From contig JBBPZR010000030.1 in NCBI GenBank assembly GCA_038276285.1, positions 1 through 59,538 of the forward strand: a stretch of DNA of 59,538 nt. Reading direction: 5' to 3'. Each line of letters begins with the position of its first letter. Position 1 is the first letter of the stretch. Below are positions 41,785 through 51,339 of this stretch, in pieces. The translations under genes and the position numbers were made by a program. The stretch is from Mycobacteriales bacterium. GTDB lineage: Bacteria > Actinomycetota > Actinomycetes > Mycobacteriales > QHCA01. The notes beneath the pieces are model-generated. The model did no database searches and was not told where the DNA came from. It saw nothing but the letters and a program-made list of their open reading frames with translations.

Positions 41785-43624
41785 GGGCGATCACCTCCTC
41801 GAGCACGCCGGCGATCTCCTCCGCGCGGAACGGCAGCCCGCGCACCTTGTTGTAGCCGATCGCGTCGACGAGGTAGCGACCGCGGATCAGCAGAGCCAAC
41901 TGGCCGAGATTCATCTCCGGGATCACCACCCGGTCGTAGCGGCGGAGCACCTCGCCGGTGTTGGCGGGGAACGGGTTGAGATGGCGCAGGTGCGCTTGGG
42001 CGATCGGCCGGCCGCTCTGGCGGATCTGCCGGCAGGCGGCGCCGATCGGCCCGTAGGTCGACCCCCACCCCAGCACCAGCACCCGCGCGCGCCCGGACGG
42101 GTCGTCGACCGCCAGCGGCGGGATGTCGCGGCAGATGCCGTCGACCTTGGCCTGCCGGATTCGCACCATCAGGTCGTGGTTGGCCGGGTCGTAAGAGATG
42201 GTGCCCGAGCCGTCGGCCTTCTCCAGGCCGCCGATCCGGTGCTCCAGACCCGCGGTGCCGGGCACGGCCCACGGCCGGGCCAGCGTCTCGGGATCGCGAA
42301 GGTACGGCCAGAACTCGCCGTCGTGGTTGGTCTCCGTGGCGAACTCGACTGACAGGTCGGGCAGGTTGGCGGGGTCGGGGACCAGCCAGGGCTCCGAGCC
42401 GTTGGCGAGGTAGCCGTCGGAGAGCAGCATCACCGGCGTGCGGTACTTCATCGCGATCCGCACCGCCTCGATCGCGATGTCGAAGCAATCGGACGGCGAC
42501 TGCGGCGCGACTATCGGCACCGGCGCCTCGCCATTGCGGCCGAACATCGCCTGCAGCAGGTCGGACTGCTCGGTCTTGGTGGGCAGCCCGGTCGACGGGC
42601 CGCCGCGCTGCACGTCGATGATCACCAGCGGCAGCTCCAAGGACACCGCCAGGCCGATGGTCTCGGACTTCAACGCGATGCCCGGGCCGGATGTCGTCGT
42701 GACGCCCAGTGCACCGCCGAAGGCGGCCCCCAGCGCCGCGCCGATACCAGCGATCTCGTCCTCTGCCTGGAAGGTCCGTAGGCCGAACCTCTTGTGCTTG
42801 GACAACTCGTGCAGGATGTCGCTCGCCGGCGTGATCGGGTAGGCGCCGAGGAAGAGCTGCAGCCCGGTGCGCACGGAGGCGGCGACCAGGCCGTAGGACA
42901 GAGCGACGTTGCCGGAGATGTTGCGGTAGGTGCCGGGGGGCATGACCGCGGGCTTCACCTCGTACTGGACCGCGAAGTCCTCGGTCGTCTCGCCGAATGC
43001 CCAACCAGCCTGGAATGCCGCGATGTTGGCCGCGGCGATCTCGGGCACCTTGGCGAACTTGCTCTGCAGGAACTTCAGCGTGCCCTCAACCGGCCGGTCG
43101 TACAGCCAGGTGAGCAGGCCGAGCGCGAACATGTTCTTTGCCCGCTCGGCGTCCTTCTTGGAGATGTCGAAGGCCTTGAGCGCCTCGACCGTCATCGAGG
43201 TGAGCGCGACCGGGTGCAGGGCATAGCCCTCGAGCGAGCCGTCCTCGAGCGGATTGGACTCGTAGCCGACCTTGGCCAGTGCGCGGGACCCGAACTCGTC
43301 GGTGTTGACGATGATGTCCGCGCCGCGGCGCAGGTCGCCGATGTTGGCCTTCAGCGCGGCGGCGTTCATGGCGACGAGGACGTTGGGCGCGTCACCCGGT
43401 GTCATGATGTCGTGGTCGGCGAATTGCACCTGGAAGCTCGACACCCCGGGCAGGGTGCCGGCCGGTGCGCGGATCTCGGCCGGGAAGTTGGGCAGCGTCG
43501 AGAGGTCGTTGCCGAAGACAGCGGTCTCGGAGGTGAAGCGATCCCCGGTGAGCTGCATGCCGTCGCCGGAATCACCGGCGAAGCGGATCACTACCCGATC
43601 AAGTTGTTGGACCTGCTTGGCCAT
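41777..43624 (-). CDS. korA: 2-oxoglutarate:ferredoxin oxidoreductase, alpha subunit
   Basis: 615 aa. FAGDSGDGMQLTG..F, YPITPASDILH, TSGPGIALK.E..G. Confidence 0.92.
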   Translation of the reverse strand: MAKQVQQLDRVVIRFAGDSGDGMQLTGDRFTSETAVFGNDLSTLPNFPAEIRAPAGTLPGVSSFQVQFADHDIMTPGDAPNVLVAMNAAALKANIGDLRRGADIIVNTDEFGSRALAKVGYESNPLEDGSLEGYALHPVALTSMTVEALKAFDISKKDAERAKNMFALGLLTWLYDRPVEGTLKFLQSKFAKVPEIAAANIAAFQAGWAFGETTEDFAVQYEVKPAVMPPGTYRNISGNVALSYGLVAASVRTGLQLFLGAYPITPASDILHELSKHKRFGLRTFQAEDEIAGIGAALGAAFGGALGVTTTSGPGIALKSETIGLAVSLELPLVIIDVQRGGPSTGLPTKTEQSDLLQAMFGRNGEAPVPIVAPQSPSDCFDIAIEAVRIAMKYRTPVMLLSDGYLANGSEPWLVPDPANLPDLSVEFATETNHDGEFWPYLRDPETLARPWAVPGTAGLEHRIGGLEKADGSGTISYDPANHDLMVRIRQAKVDGICRDIPPLAVDDPSGRARVLVLGWGSTYGPIGAACRQIRQSGRPIAQAHLRHLNPFPANTGEVLRRYDRVVIPEMNLGQLALLIRGRYLVDAIGYNKVRGLPFRAEEIAGVLEEVIAHV

Positions 43625-43776
43625 TTGCGGGGCTGGGCCTCCGTAGGGTGCCTGGACGATATCCAGCGTACTCGCGCGGGGGCCGTACCGTGGGTCGCCT
43701 TGCGCTTTCGGGGGACAACGGGCACTAGTGTTTCCGGCGGGAGCGGGTGACCGGCGGCGACCGGAAGGCAGGTGCC

Positions 43777-44148
43777 ATGACCAGCTACTTCGGTGGCTAC
43801 GCGACGCTCGGCGTGCTGCTACTGCTCGGCGTCGGCTTCGTGGCGGTCGCCCTCGCCGCCAACTGGGTGCTGCGACCGCACCGGCCTACCCACGAGAAAC
43901 TGCTCACCTACGAGTGCGGTGTCGATCCTGTCGGCGACGACTGGGCGCAGACTCAGGTCCGCTACTACGTCTTCGCCTTTCTCTACGTCGTCTTCGCCGT
44001 CGAATCGATCTTCCTGTTTCCCTGGGCGACGATCTTCGCGCTGCCCGGCTTCGGGGTGGGCGCACTGGTCGAAATGGGCGTCTTTGTGGGTTTCCTGGCG
44101 ATCGGGCTGCTGTACGCCTGGCGCAAGCGGGTCCTCACGTGGATCTGA
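43777..44148 (+). CDS. nuoA2: NuoA-like subunit of the second complex I-like operon
   Basis: ATG 43777 (track start 43747). YECGVDP, FDVE-like [11 protein letters not shown]. Confidence 0.88.
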   Translation: MTSYFGGYATLGVLLLLGVGFVAVALAANWVLRPHRPTHEKLLTYECGVDPVGDDWAQTQVRYYVFAFLYVVFAVESIFLFPWATIFALPGFGVGALVEMGVFVGFLAIGLLYAWRKRVLTWI

Positions 44149-44690
44149 CGGCCCGCACCAACCCGACGCTGCCCGACCCGGTCAAGTTCGTACTCAACTG
44201 GGGCCGGCGCTATTCGCTGTGGGTGTTCAACTTCGGGCTCGCCTGCTGTGCCATCGAGTTCATCGCCACCTCGATGGCCCGGCACGACTTCATCCGGCTC
44301 GGCGTCATTCCCTTCGCACACGGCCCGCGCCAGGCCGACCTGATGGTGGTGTCGGGCACGGTCACCGACAAGATGGCGCCCGCGGTACTCCGCCTCTACG
44401 AGCAGATGCCGGAGCCGAAGTACGTGATCTCCTTCGGCGCCTGCTCGAACTGCGGCGGGCCTTACTGGGACTCCTACTGCGTCACCAAGGGCGTCGATCA
44501 GTTGATCCCCGTCGATGTGTACGTGCCTGGCTGCCCACCCCGGCCCGAGGCGCTGCTGCAGGGCATCCTGCGCCTGCAGGAGAAGATCGCCGGCGAGTCG
44601 ATGTCGCTGGTCGGCGGCTCCCGACCCGGCCCCGCGCTGACCGCCGGACTGACCGCGCCGCCGGTCCGGCCGCCGATCGGCCGGCCCTGA
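44139..44690 (+). CDS. nuoB2: NuoB-like subunit (second operon)
   Basis: GTG 44139. [28 protein letters not shown]. Confidence 0.9.
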   Translation: MDLTARTNPTLPDPVKFVLNWGRRYSLWVFNFGLACCAIEFIATSMARHDFIRLGVIPFAHGPRQADLMVVSGTVTDKMAPAVLRLYEQMPEPKYVISFGACSNCGGPYWDSYCVTKGVDQLIPVDVYVPGCPPRPEALLQGILRLQEKIAGESMSLVGGSRPGPALTAGLTAPPVRPPIGRP

Positions 44691-45472
44691 TGAGCATCGG
44701 CGACGTGCTGGCCGCGGCCGTCGGTGAGGACTGCACCGCGTCGGAGGCATTCGGCGAGATCACCGTCGACGTGCCCGCGTCCAGTTGGGTCACCGCGGTG
44801 ACGACCGCCCGCGACCTGCTGCGCTGCCGGTACTTCGACTGGCTGACCGCCGTCGACGAGTTGGCCGAGGGCTACTCCGTGGTGTGCCACCTCTGGTCCA
44901 TCGAGCAGCGACACGGGCTGCTGATCCGTACCCGCCTCCCGCTCGAGACGCCGCACCTGGCCACCCTCACCGGTGTCTTCGCCGGAGCCGCCTGGCACGA
45001 GCGGGAAACCTACGAGATGTTCGGCGTCGTCTTCGACGGCCACCCGCATCTGGTGCCGTTGCTGCTGCCGGACGGCTTCGAGGGCCATCCGCTGCGCAAG
45101 GAGTTCGTGCTCGCCTCGCGGGTGGCCAAGGACTGGCCCGGGGCCCGGGAGCCGGGGGAGGGCCACGGCGGCCCGGTCCGTCGCCGGATGCGCCCGCCGG
45201 GAGTGCCCGATCCCGCGGACTGGGGCCCTAGCGTCGCCCTCGACCCCTCGCCGCCCGGCCCCGCTCAAGATCCAGGGAAGGCTAGGCCGGTTGGAGCCGG
45301 ACCAATCCTCCCTGGATCACCGGGCACGGCGGGTGAAGGGGTCGACCCAACCCATCCGCCTCAAGATCCAGGGAGGGCTAGGCCGGTTGGAGCCGGACCA
45401 ATCCTCCCTGGATCACCGGGTGTGTTGGGTGGGGACGAGGCCGCCGGAGAGCCTCCGGAGAAGGCGCCCTGA
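44690..45472 (+). CDS. nuoC2: NuoC-like subunit with a ~110-aa low-complexity tail that contains a tandem palindromic repeat
   Basis: ATG 44690 (TGATG overlap). AAWHERETYEMFGVVFDGHP.L..LLLPD.F.GHPLRKEF. The tail encodes QDPG(K/R)ARPVGAGPILPGSPG twice. The stop overlaps the nuoH2 ATG. Confidence 0.85.
   Translation: MSIGDVLAAAVGEDCTASEAFGEITVDVPASSWVTAVTTARDLLRCRYFDWLTAVDELAEGYSVVCHLWSIEQRHGLLIRTRLPLETPHLATLTGVFAGAAWHERETYEMFGVVFDGHPHLVPLLLPDGFEGHPLRKEFVLASRVAKDWPGAREPGEGHGGPVRRRMRPPGVPDPADWGPSVALDPSPPGPAQDPGKARPVGAGPILPGSPGTAGEGVDPTHPPQDPGRARPVGAGPILPGSPGVLGGDEAAGEPPEKAP
45264..45420. repeat. Two 61-bp copies (period 96 bp, in frame) of a palindromic repeat inside the nuoC2 tail
   Basis: 45264-45324 and 45360-45420 differ at 1 nt. 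Each contains the inverted repeat GATCCAGGGAGG...CCTCCCTGGATC (45365-76/45403-14). Confidence 0.9.
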
Positions 45473-46437
45473 TGCCGGCGTGGATCGAGGTGGCGCTGCG
45501 GGTGCTCGCCGTACTCGTCGCGTTCCTCACGCTACCGCTGCTGGTCGGCCAGATGGAACACAAGGCGATGGCGCACATGCAGTCGCGGCTCGGGCCGATG
45601 TACGCCGGCGGCTTCCACGGCTGGGCCCAACTCGTCGCCGACGGCGTGAAGTTCGTACAGAAGGAGGACGTCACGCCGGCCGCCGCCGACCGGGCCGTCT
45701 TCAAGCTGGCGCCCGCGGTCGGGCTGTTGCCGTACCTCCTCGTTCTGGTCGCGATCCCGATCGGGCCGCATGGCCTGGTCGCCCAGCCATTCGACATCGG
45801 GCTGTTCTTCGCCCTTGCCATCGTCGGGCTCGGCGTGATCGGGATGCTGATGGCGGCGTGGGCCTCAGCCAACAAGTACTCGCTGCTCGGCGGCCTGCGC
45901 GGGGCGGCCCAACTGCTGGGCTACGAGCTGCCCTTCGTGCTGGCCGGCGCCTCGGTGGCAATGGCGGCCGGGACCCTGTCGCTGTCGGGCATCGTCGAGG
46001 CGTGGCGGCCCTGGTGGCTGCTATGGCAGGCACCGGCGATGGTCGTCTTCTTCGTCGCCGGTCTGGCCGAGATCCGGCGGCCGCCCTTCGACATGCCGAC
46101 GGCCGAATCGGAGCTGGTGTTCGGTTATCTCACCGAGTACACCGGGCTGCGATTCGCGCTGTTCCTGCTCGCTGAGTACGCCGGCATCATCGTCGTGAGC
46201 GCGCTGACCACCGTGCTGTTCCTCGGCGGCTGGAAGGGGCCGTTCTTCGACGACCAGCTGGGCTGGCTCTGGACCCTGCTGAAGGTGTTCGCGCTGTCCT
46301 TCGTCGTCATCTGGGTGCGCGCGACCTACCCCCGGCTGCGCGAGGACCAGCTGCAGCGGCTCGCCTGGCTGGTCCTCGTACCGATCACCTTGGGGCAGTT
46401 GGTGCTCACCGGCGTCGTACGGGTGGCGATCGCATGA
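45472..46437 (+). CDS. nuoH2: NuoH-like subunit (second operon)
   Basis: 321 aa. [48 protein letters not shown]. Confidence 0.9.
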   Translation: MPAWIEVALRVLAVLVAFLTLPLLVGQMEHKAMAHMQSRLGPMYAGGFHGWAQLVADGVKFVQKEDVTPAAADRAVFKLAPAVGLLPYLLVLVAIPIGPHGLVAQPFDIGLFFALAIVGLGVIGMLMAAWASANKYSLLGGLRGAAQLLGYELPFVLAGASVAMAAGTLSLSGIVEAWRPWWLLWQAPAMVVFFVAGLAEIRRPPFDMPTAESELVFGYLTEYTGLRFALFLLAEYAGIIVVSALTTVLFLGGWKGPFFDDQLGWLWTLLKVFALSFVVIWVRATYPRLREDQLQRLAWLVLVPITLGQLVLTGVVRVAIA

Positions 46438-47012
46438 CCTCCATGCCCGGCAGCGGGCTGGCGCGGGGGCTCGCGATCACGCTGCGCACGATGACCAGGC
46501 GTTCGCACACGCGGCAGTACCCCGAGGTGAAGCCCGACCTCCCGCCCCGCAGCCGTGGCGTCATCGCGCTGTTCGAGGAAAACTGCACCGTCTGCATGCT
46601 CTGCGCGCGCGAGTGCCCCGACTGGTGCATCTACATCGACTCGCACAAGGAGACGATCCAGGTCGCCGGTGCCGCCCGGCCGCGGCAGCGAAACGTGCTG
46701 GATCGCTTCGCCATCGACTTCGCGCTGTGCATGTACTGCGGGATCTGCATCGAGGTCTGCCCGTTCGACGCGCTGTTCTGGTCGCCGGAGTTCGAATATT
46801 CCGAGTACGACATCTCCGAGTTGACGCATGAGATGGATCGGCTCCGCGAGTGGATGTGGACGGTGCCGCCGCCGCCGGCGTACGACCCTGCTGGCGAGAC
46901 GCCCAAGGAGGTGGCCGCCGCGCAAGCCGTTGAAGTGGCCGCGCAGGCCGCCGATGCCGCCGATGCCGCCGATGCCGCGGAGGACGCCGATACCGCGGAG
47001 GACGCCCAGTGA
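46434..47012 (+). CDS. nuoI2: NuoI-like 2x[4Fe-4S] subunit with an acidic Ala/Asp repeat tail
   Basis: [12 protein letters not shown] and [12 protein letters not shown]. Tail [21 protein letters not shown]. Confidence 0.9.
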   Translation: MTSMPGSGLARGLAITLRTMTRRSHTRQYPEVKPDLPPRSRGVIALFEENCTVCMLCARECPDWCIYIDSHKETIQVAGAARPRQRNVLDRFAIDFALCMYCGICIEVCPFDALFWSPEFEYSEYDISELTHEMDRLREWMWTVPPPPAYDPAGETPKEVAAAQAVEVAAQAADAADAADAAEDADTAEDAQ

Positions 47013-47521
47013 CCGCGCAGGACGTCGTCTTCGCGCTGCTCGGGGTGATCGCCATCGGCAGCGCGCTCCTGGTCGTGACGACGCGCAACGTCGTCCGAGC
47101 GGCGCTCTGGCTGGTGGTCACGTTCGGCGCGGTGGCCGGCTGCTACCTCGTACTCACCGCCGAGCTGATCGCCTGGGTGCAGGTGCTCATCTATCTGGGC
47201 GCGATCGTCGTGCTGCTCCTGTTCGGTGTGATGCTCACCCGCGCGCCGATCGGACCGAGCGATCAGCTCGACTCCGGCAACCGGCCGCTGGCCCTCGTGG
47301 TGGCGTTGGCCACCGCGGCCACACTAGTCACCCTGCTGCTCCAGGCCTTCCACTCGTCGTTCGTCACCCTGGACCGGCCCGGCACCGCCAAGGTCCTTGG
47401 CGCGTCGATCTTCCGTACGTGGGTGCTGCCGTTCGAGATTCTCTCGGTCCTGCTGCTGGCCGCCCTGATCGGGGCGATCACGCTGGCCCGACCCAGCGTC
47501 GGCGCGGCCGGAAGTCGCTGA
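47009..47521 (+). CDS. nuoJ2: NuoJ-like subunit (second operon)
   Basis: GTG 47009 overlaps the nuoI2 stop. [20 protein letters not shown]. Confidence 0.88.
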   Translation: MTAQDVVFALLGVIAIGSALLVVTTRNVVRAALWLVVTFGAVAGCYLVLTAELIAWVQVLIYLGAIVVLLLFGVMLTRAPIGPSDQLDSGNRPLALVVALATAATLVTLLLQAFHSSFVTLDRPGTAKVLGASIFRTWVLPFEILSVLLLAALIGAITLARPSVGAAGSR

Positions 47522-47522
47522 C

Positions 47523-47879
47523 GTGCATCTCGTCCTCCCCGTCGTGCTGGCCGCGGTGCTATTCAGCATCGGCGTGTACGGCGTGCTGGCCCGGCGCAAT
47601 GCCGTGCTGGTCCTCATGTCCGTCGAGTTGATGCTCAACGCGGTGAACATCAACCTGGTCGCCTTCGACGTGTGGCTGCGTGACTCCCTCCACAGTGGAC
47701 AGACCTTCGCGTTGTTCGTCATAGCACTGGCAGCCGGCGAGGTCGGGGTTGGCCTTGCGATCGTGCTCCAGGCGTTCCGGCTCCGGGCGACGGTGGCGAT
47801 CGATCAGCTCGACGACCTGACCGAGCCGCCGGCCGAGCCGTCGGCTGACCGGCCCGGTCACAGCGAGCCGGCCCGATGA
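47523..47879 (+). CDS. nuoK2: NuoK-like subunit (second operon)
   Basis: GTG 47523. [30 protein letters not shown]. Confidence 0.9.
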   Translation: MHLVLPVVLAAVLFSIGVYGVLARRNAVLVLMSVELMLNAVNINLVAFDVWLRDSLHSGQTFALFVIALAAGEVGVGLAIVLQAFRLRATVAIDQLDDLTEPPAEPSADRPGHSEPAR

Positions 47880-49711
47880 CCGGGTGGGCCTGGCTGGTGC
47901 CGACCCTGCCCTTCGTGGCGGCCGTCGTCGGCTTCCTGCTGCCCCAGCGGGCCCGCCGGGCGGCGGCCGTGCTCGCGGTGTCCGCGCTCGGCCTCGCCAC
48001 GCTGCTCACCGTCGCCCTCGCGGTCGTGACGGTCCGGGAGCCGAGCGGGCGGCGCGTCGACACGGCGACCACGATCGCCCGATTCGGTGCGCTGCACGTG
48101 CAGGCCGGCATCCGGCTCGACGGCCTGGCCGCCGTTGTCGCGGTGGCAGTCTGCGTGGTCGCGCTGCTGGTGCAGATCTACTCCGTGCCCTATCTGCACG
48201 GTGACGACAGCTATCCGCGGTACGCGGCAGAGGTGTCGCTGTTCAGCGCCGCGATGCTCGACGTCGTATTCGCTTCCGATCTGATCATGCTCCTGGTCGG
48301 CTGGGAGGTCATGGGCATCTGCTCGTACCTGCTGATCGGGCATTACCGCGAACTGCCCGAGGCCGGGCCGGCGGCGGTGAAGGCGTTCCTGGTGACCCGG
48401 GTGGGCGACATCGGCTTCCTCCTCGGCGTGCTGGTCCTGGGTATCGGCGCCGGCAGCTTCCGGATCGGCGTGGTGCTCGACCGGGCCGCGAACCTCCCGG
48501 CGGGCACCCTTGTTGCCGCCGGGCTGCTGCTGCTCCTGGGCGTGGCCGGCAAGAGCGCGCAGTTCCCGCTGCACACCTGGTTGCCCGATGCGATGGTCGG
48601 CCCCACACCCATCAGCGCGCTGATCCACGCGGCCACGATGGTCGCGGCCGGGATCTATGTCATCGCGCGGCTCTATCCGGTCTTCGTGGTCAACGCCGTG
48701 CCACTGACGGTGCTCGGCGTGATCGCCGCGATCACCATGCTGCTCGGTGCCCTGGCGGCGCTCGGTCAGGACGACATCAAGCGGGTGCTGGCCTGGTCGA
48801 CGGTGAGCCAGATCGCGTACATGACCGGTGGACTGGCCGTCGGCGCACCATCCGCCGCTGTGTTCCACCTGCTCACCCACGCCGCCTTCAAGGCGCTGCT
48901 CTTTCTCGCGGCGGGTTGCGTGCTGCACGCTACTGGCCGGGCGCTGATGTCGGAGTTGGGCGGTCTGCGGCTGTCGATGCCGGTGACTTTCGTGACCATG
49001 ACGTGCGGGCTGGCCGCCCTCATCGGGCTGCCGCCATTCGCCGGCTTCTTCTCCAAGGAGGCCGTGCTCGGCGGCGCCTATGCCGCCGCTCGGGGCGAGA
49101 CCCCGGTCCCCTCGTGGGTCGGCTGGCTCGTGCTGGTGACCGGTCTGCTCACGGTCGCGATCACCGCTGCGTACGCGACGCGCCTGTGGTTGCGTACCTT
49201 CTTCGGCGCACCGCGCGCGCCTACGACACCGACGCTGCTCTCCAGGGTCATGCTCGCGCCACTTGTCGTGCTGGCGGTGCCGACCGTGCTCCTCGGTCTC
49301 GCGACGCCGTGGCTGCCGCGCTGGCTCGGCGCACCCCACGTGACACTGCGCCCCGATGTCGTCACCGCCGTGCCGGCGTTCCTGCTCAGCGTCGCCGCGG
49401 TCGCCGCGGTGGTCACCGCCTGGCGCCGGGCGCCCGAGCGCGACCCGATCCCGCCCCGGCCGATCCTGTCGCGGGCCTTCTACCTCGATGAGCTTCAGGA
49501 CGCGCTGGTCAGCCGCCCCTACCACCGGCTGTCCGGGGCGGTCCTCTCCCTCGACTCGCGGGTCGTCGATGGCGCCGTGGAGGGGTCGGGCAGCGGCGCC
49601 GGCTGGCTGTCCGGTCGGCTCAGCCGGCTACAGACGGGCAACGTGCAGACCTATGCCACCGGAGTACTCGCTACGGCCGCGCTGCTCGCCCTCGCGGCGG
49701 TGCTTCGGTGA
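47876..49711 (+). CDS. nuoL2: NuoL-like antiporter subunit (second operon)
   Basis: ATG 47876 overlaps the nuoK2 stop. [49 protein letters not shown]. Confidence 0.9.
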   Translation: MTGWAWLVPTLPFVAAVVGFLLPQRARRAAAVLAVSALGLATLLTVALAVVTVREPSGRRVDTATTIARFGALHVQAGIRLDGLAAVVAVAVCVVALLVQIYSVPYLHGDDSYPRYAAEVSLFSAAMLDVVFASDLIMLLVGWEVMGICSYLLIGHYRELPEAGPAAVKAFLVTRVGDIGFLLGVLVLGIGAGSFRIGVVLDRAANLPAGTLVAAGLLLLLGVAGKSAQFPLHTWLPDAMVGPTPISALIHAATMVAAGIYVIARLYPVFVVNAVPLTVLGVIAAITMLLGALAALGQDDIKRVLAWSTVSQIAYMTGGLAVGAPSAAVFHLLTHAAFKALLFLAAGCVLHATGRALMSELGGLRLSMPVTFVTMTCGLAALIGLPPFAGFFSKEAVLGGAYAAARGETPVPSWVGWLVLVTGLLTVAITAAYATRLWLRTFFGAPRAPTTPTLLSRVMLAPLVVLAVPTVLLGLATPWLPRWLGAPHVTLRPDVVTAVPAFLLSVAAVAAVVTAWRRAPERDPIPPRPILSRAFYLDELQDALVSRPYHRLSGAVLSLDSRVVDGAVEGSGSGAGWLSGRLSRLQTGNVQTYATGVLATAALLALAAVLR

Positions 49712-49851
49712 CACCACCCCCAGCCCCAGCCCCACCCCCAGCCCCACCATCCGCGGTGATCAAGGAGTTTACGTCGAAATCGCGCCCGATTTGCCCGGGT
49801 GCGATGACGTGAACTCCTTGATCACCGGGGTGGGGGGGTGGCGGTGCTGAC
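49712..49851. repeat. 140-bp palindromic intergenic insert between nuoL2 and nuoM2
   Basis: 21-bp arms GGTGATCAAGGAGTTTACGTC (49755-75) and GACGTGAACTCCTTGATCACC (49806-26), 20/21 complementary. Inner AAATCG/CGATTT stem. Flanked by a C/A-rich tract (49712-54) and a complementary G-rich tract (49827-45). Confidence 0.9.
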
Positions 49852-51339
49852 GTGACGCTGCTTGCCGTCCTGCTGATCCCGGCGGTCGGGGCCCTCGTCC
49901 TCGCCCTGTTGCCGGTGCGTCTCGACCGCGTCGCGCGGCTGCTCGGCGTGGCGATCACCGGGGCGACCTTCGTCGTCAGCCTGGCGCTGATCGCCGGCCG
50001 CCACTCGGGCGCCGCGGGTGACTGGCAGAGCGTCAATGCGCGCTGGGTCCCGGCCATCGGCCTGCGCTTCCATCTCGGCGTTGACGGGATCAGCCTCCCG
50101 CTGGTGCTGCTGACCACCCTGTTGAGCCTGCTGTGCGCCGTCTACACACTGCAGAGCCTCCCGCCACCCGGGCGCGCCGGCACCATGCTCGCTCTCGTAC
50201 TGCTGCTCGAGGTCGGCATGGTCGGCACTTTCCTGGCGCGTGACCTGTTGCTCTTTTTCCTGTTCTTCGAGGTCGTCCTGGCGCCGATGTACTTCTTGAT
50301 CGCGGTCTGGGGTGGCGCCAACGCGCGGCACGCGGCCACGAAGTTCGTGCTCTACACGCTGCTCGGCTCGGTGCTGCTGCTGGTGGGACTGCTCACGGTG
50401 TACGCCAGCGCCGGCACCCTGGACATGGCCGCGCTGGCGCACAGGCGCGGCGCGGGCATCGCGCACTCCACCCAGGTGCTCGCCTTCCTGGCGCTGTTCC
50501 TCGGCCTGGCCGTCAAGAGCCCGCTGTGGCCGCTGCACAGTTGGCTGCCCGACGCGCACACCGAGGCGCCGACGGTCGGCTCGGTGCTGCTGGCCGGGGT
50601 GCTGCTGAAGATGGGCACGTACGGCCTCGTCCGCGTCGCGCTGCCGATCGTGCCGGCCGGCGCGAAGCAGTTGGCGCCGGCACTGGCCGTGCTCGCCGTC
50701 GCCGGGATCATCGTCGGCGCGCTGTGCTGCTTCGCGCAGACCGACCTCAAGCGGTTGATCGCCTACTCCAGCGTCGGGCACATGGGCTTCGTGCTGCTGG
50801 GCCTGTCGACCCTGACGGCCGTCGGCGTGCAGGCCGCCCTCATCGGCAACATCGCACACGGCGTCATCACCGGGCTGTTGTTCTTCCTCGTCGGCGGGCT
50901 CAAGGATCGCTTCCACACCGGGGTGATGGCCGACCTCGGTGCCGGCATCGGCGCTCGCCTTCCCGCCCTCGGCGGGCTGCTGACGCTCACCGCGATCGCC
51001 AGCCTCGGCCTGCCCGGGCTGGCCGGCTTCTGGGGTGAGGCCTTCGCCGTGGCCGGTGCTTACCGGCCGGCGGCCGGGCTGCCGCGTACGCCGTACCTCG
51101 TCCTCGCCGCGATCGCCGCGGTCGGCGCCGCCCTGGCCGCGGTGTACTTCCTGCGGGTGCTGCGCGTGGTCGTTGCCGGGCCGGCGCCGGACGGGCCGCT
51201 GCTCCCCGACGTCCGGCCGGCCGAGCGATTGGCCTGGGTGCCGCTGGCCGTGCTGGCCGTGGTTCTCGGGGTGTTCCCGGCGCTGGTCCTCGAGTGCACC
51301 CGGCCGGCCGTCGACCTCATCCTGCGGGCGTACTCATGA
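49852..51339 (+). CDS. nuoM2: NuoM-like antiporter subunit (second operon)
   Basis: GTG 49852. LGLAVKSPLWPLHSWLPDAHTEAPT.GSVLLAGVLLK.G.YG. Confidence 0.9.
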   Translation: MTLLAVLLIPAVGALVLALLPVRLDRVARLLGVAITGATFVVSLALIAGRHSGAAGDWQSVNARWVPAIGLRFHLGVDGISLPLVLLTTLLSLLCAVYTLQSLPPPGRAGTMLALVLLLEVGMVGTFLARDLLLFFLFFEVVLAPMYFLIAVWGGANARHAATKFVLYTLLGSVLLLVGLLTVYASAGTLDMAALAHRRGAGIAHSTQVLAFLALFLGLAVKSPLWPLHSWLPDAHTEAPTVGSVLLAGVLLKMGTYGLVRVALPIVPAGAKQLAPALAVLAVAGIIVGALCCFAQTDLKRLIAYSSVGHMGFVLLGLSTLTAVGVQAALIGNIAHGVITGLLFFLVGGLKDRFHTGVMADLGAGIGARLPALGGLLTLTAIASLGLPGLAGFWGEAFAVAGAYRPAAGLPRTPYLVLAAIAAVGAALAAVYFLRVLRVVVAGPAPDGPLLPDVRPAERLAWVPLAVLAVVLGVFPALVLECTRPAVDLILRAYS

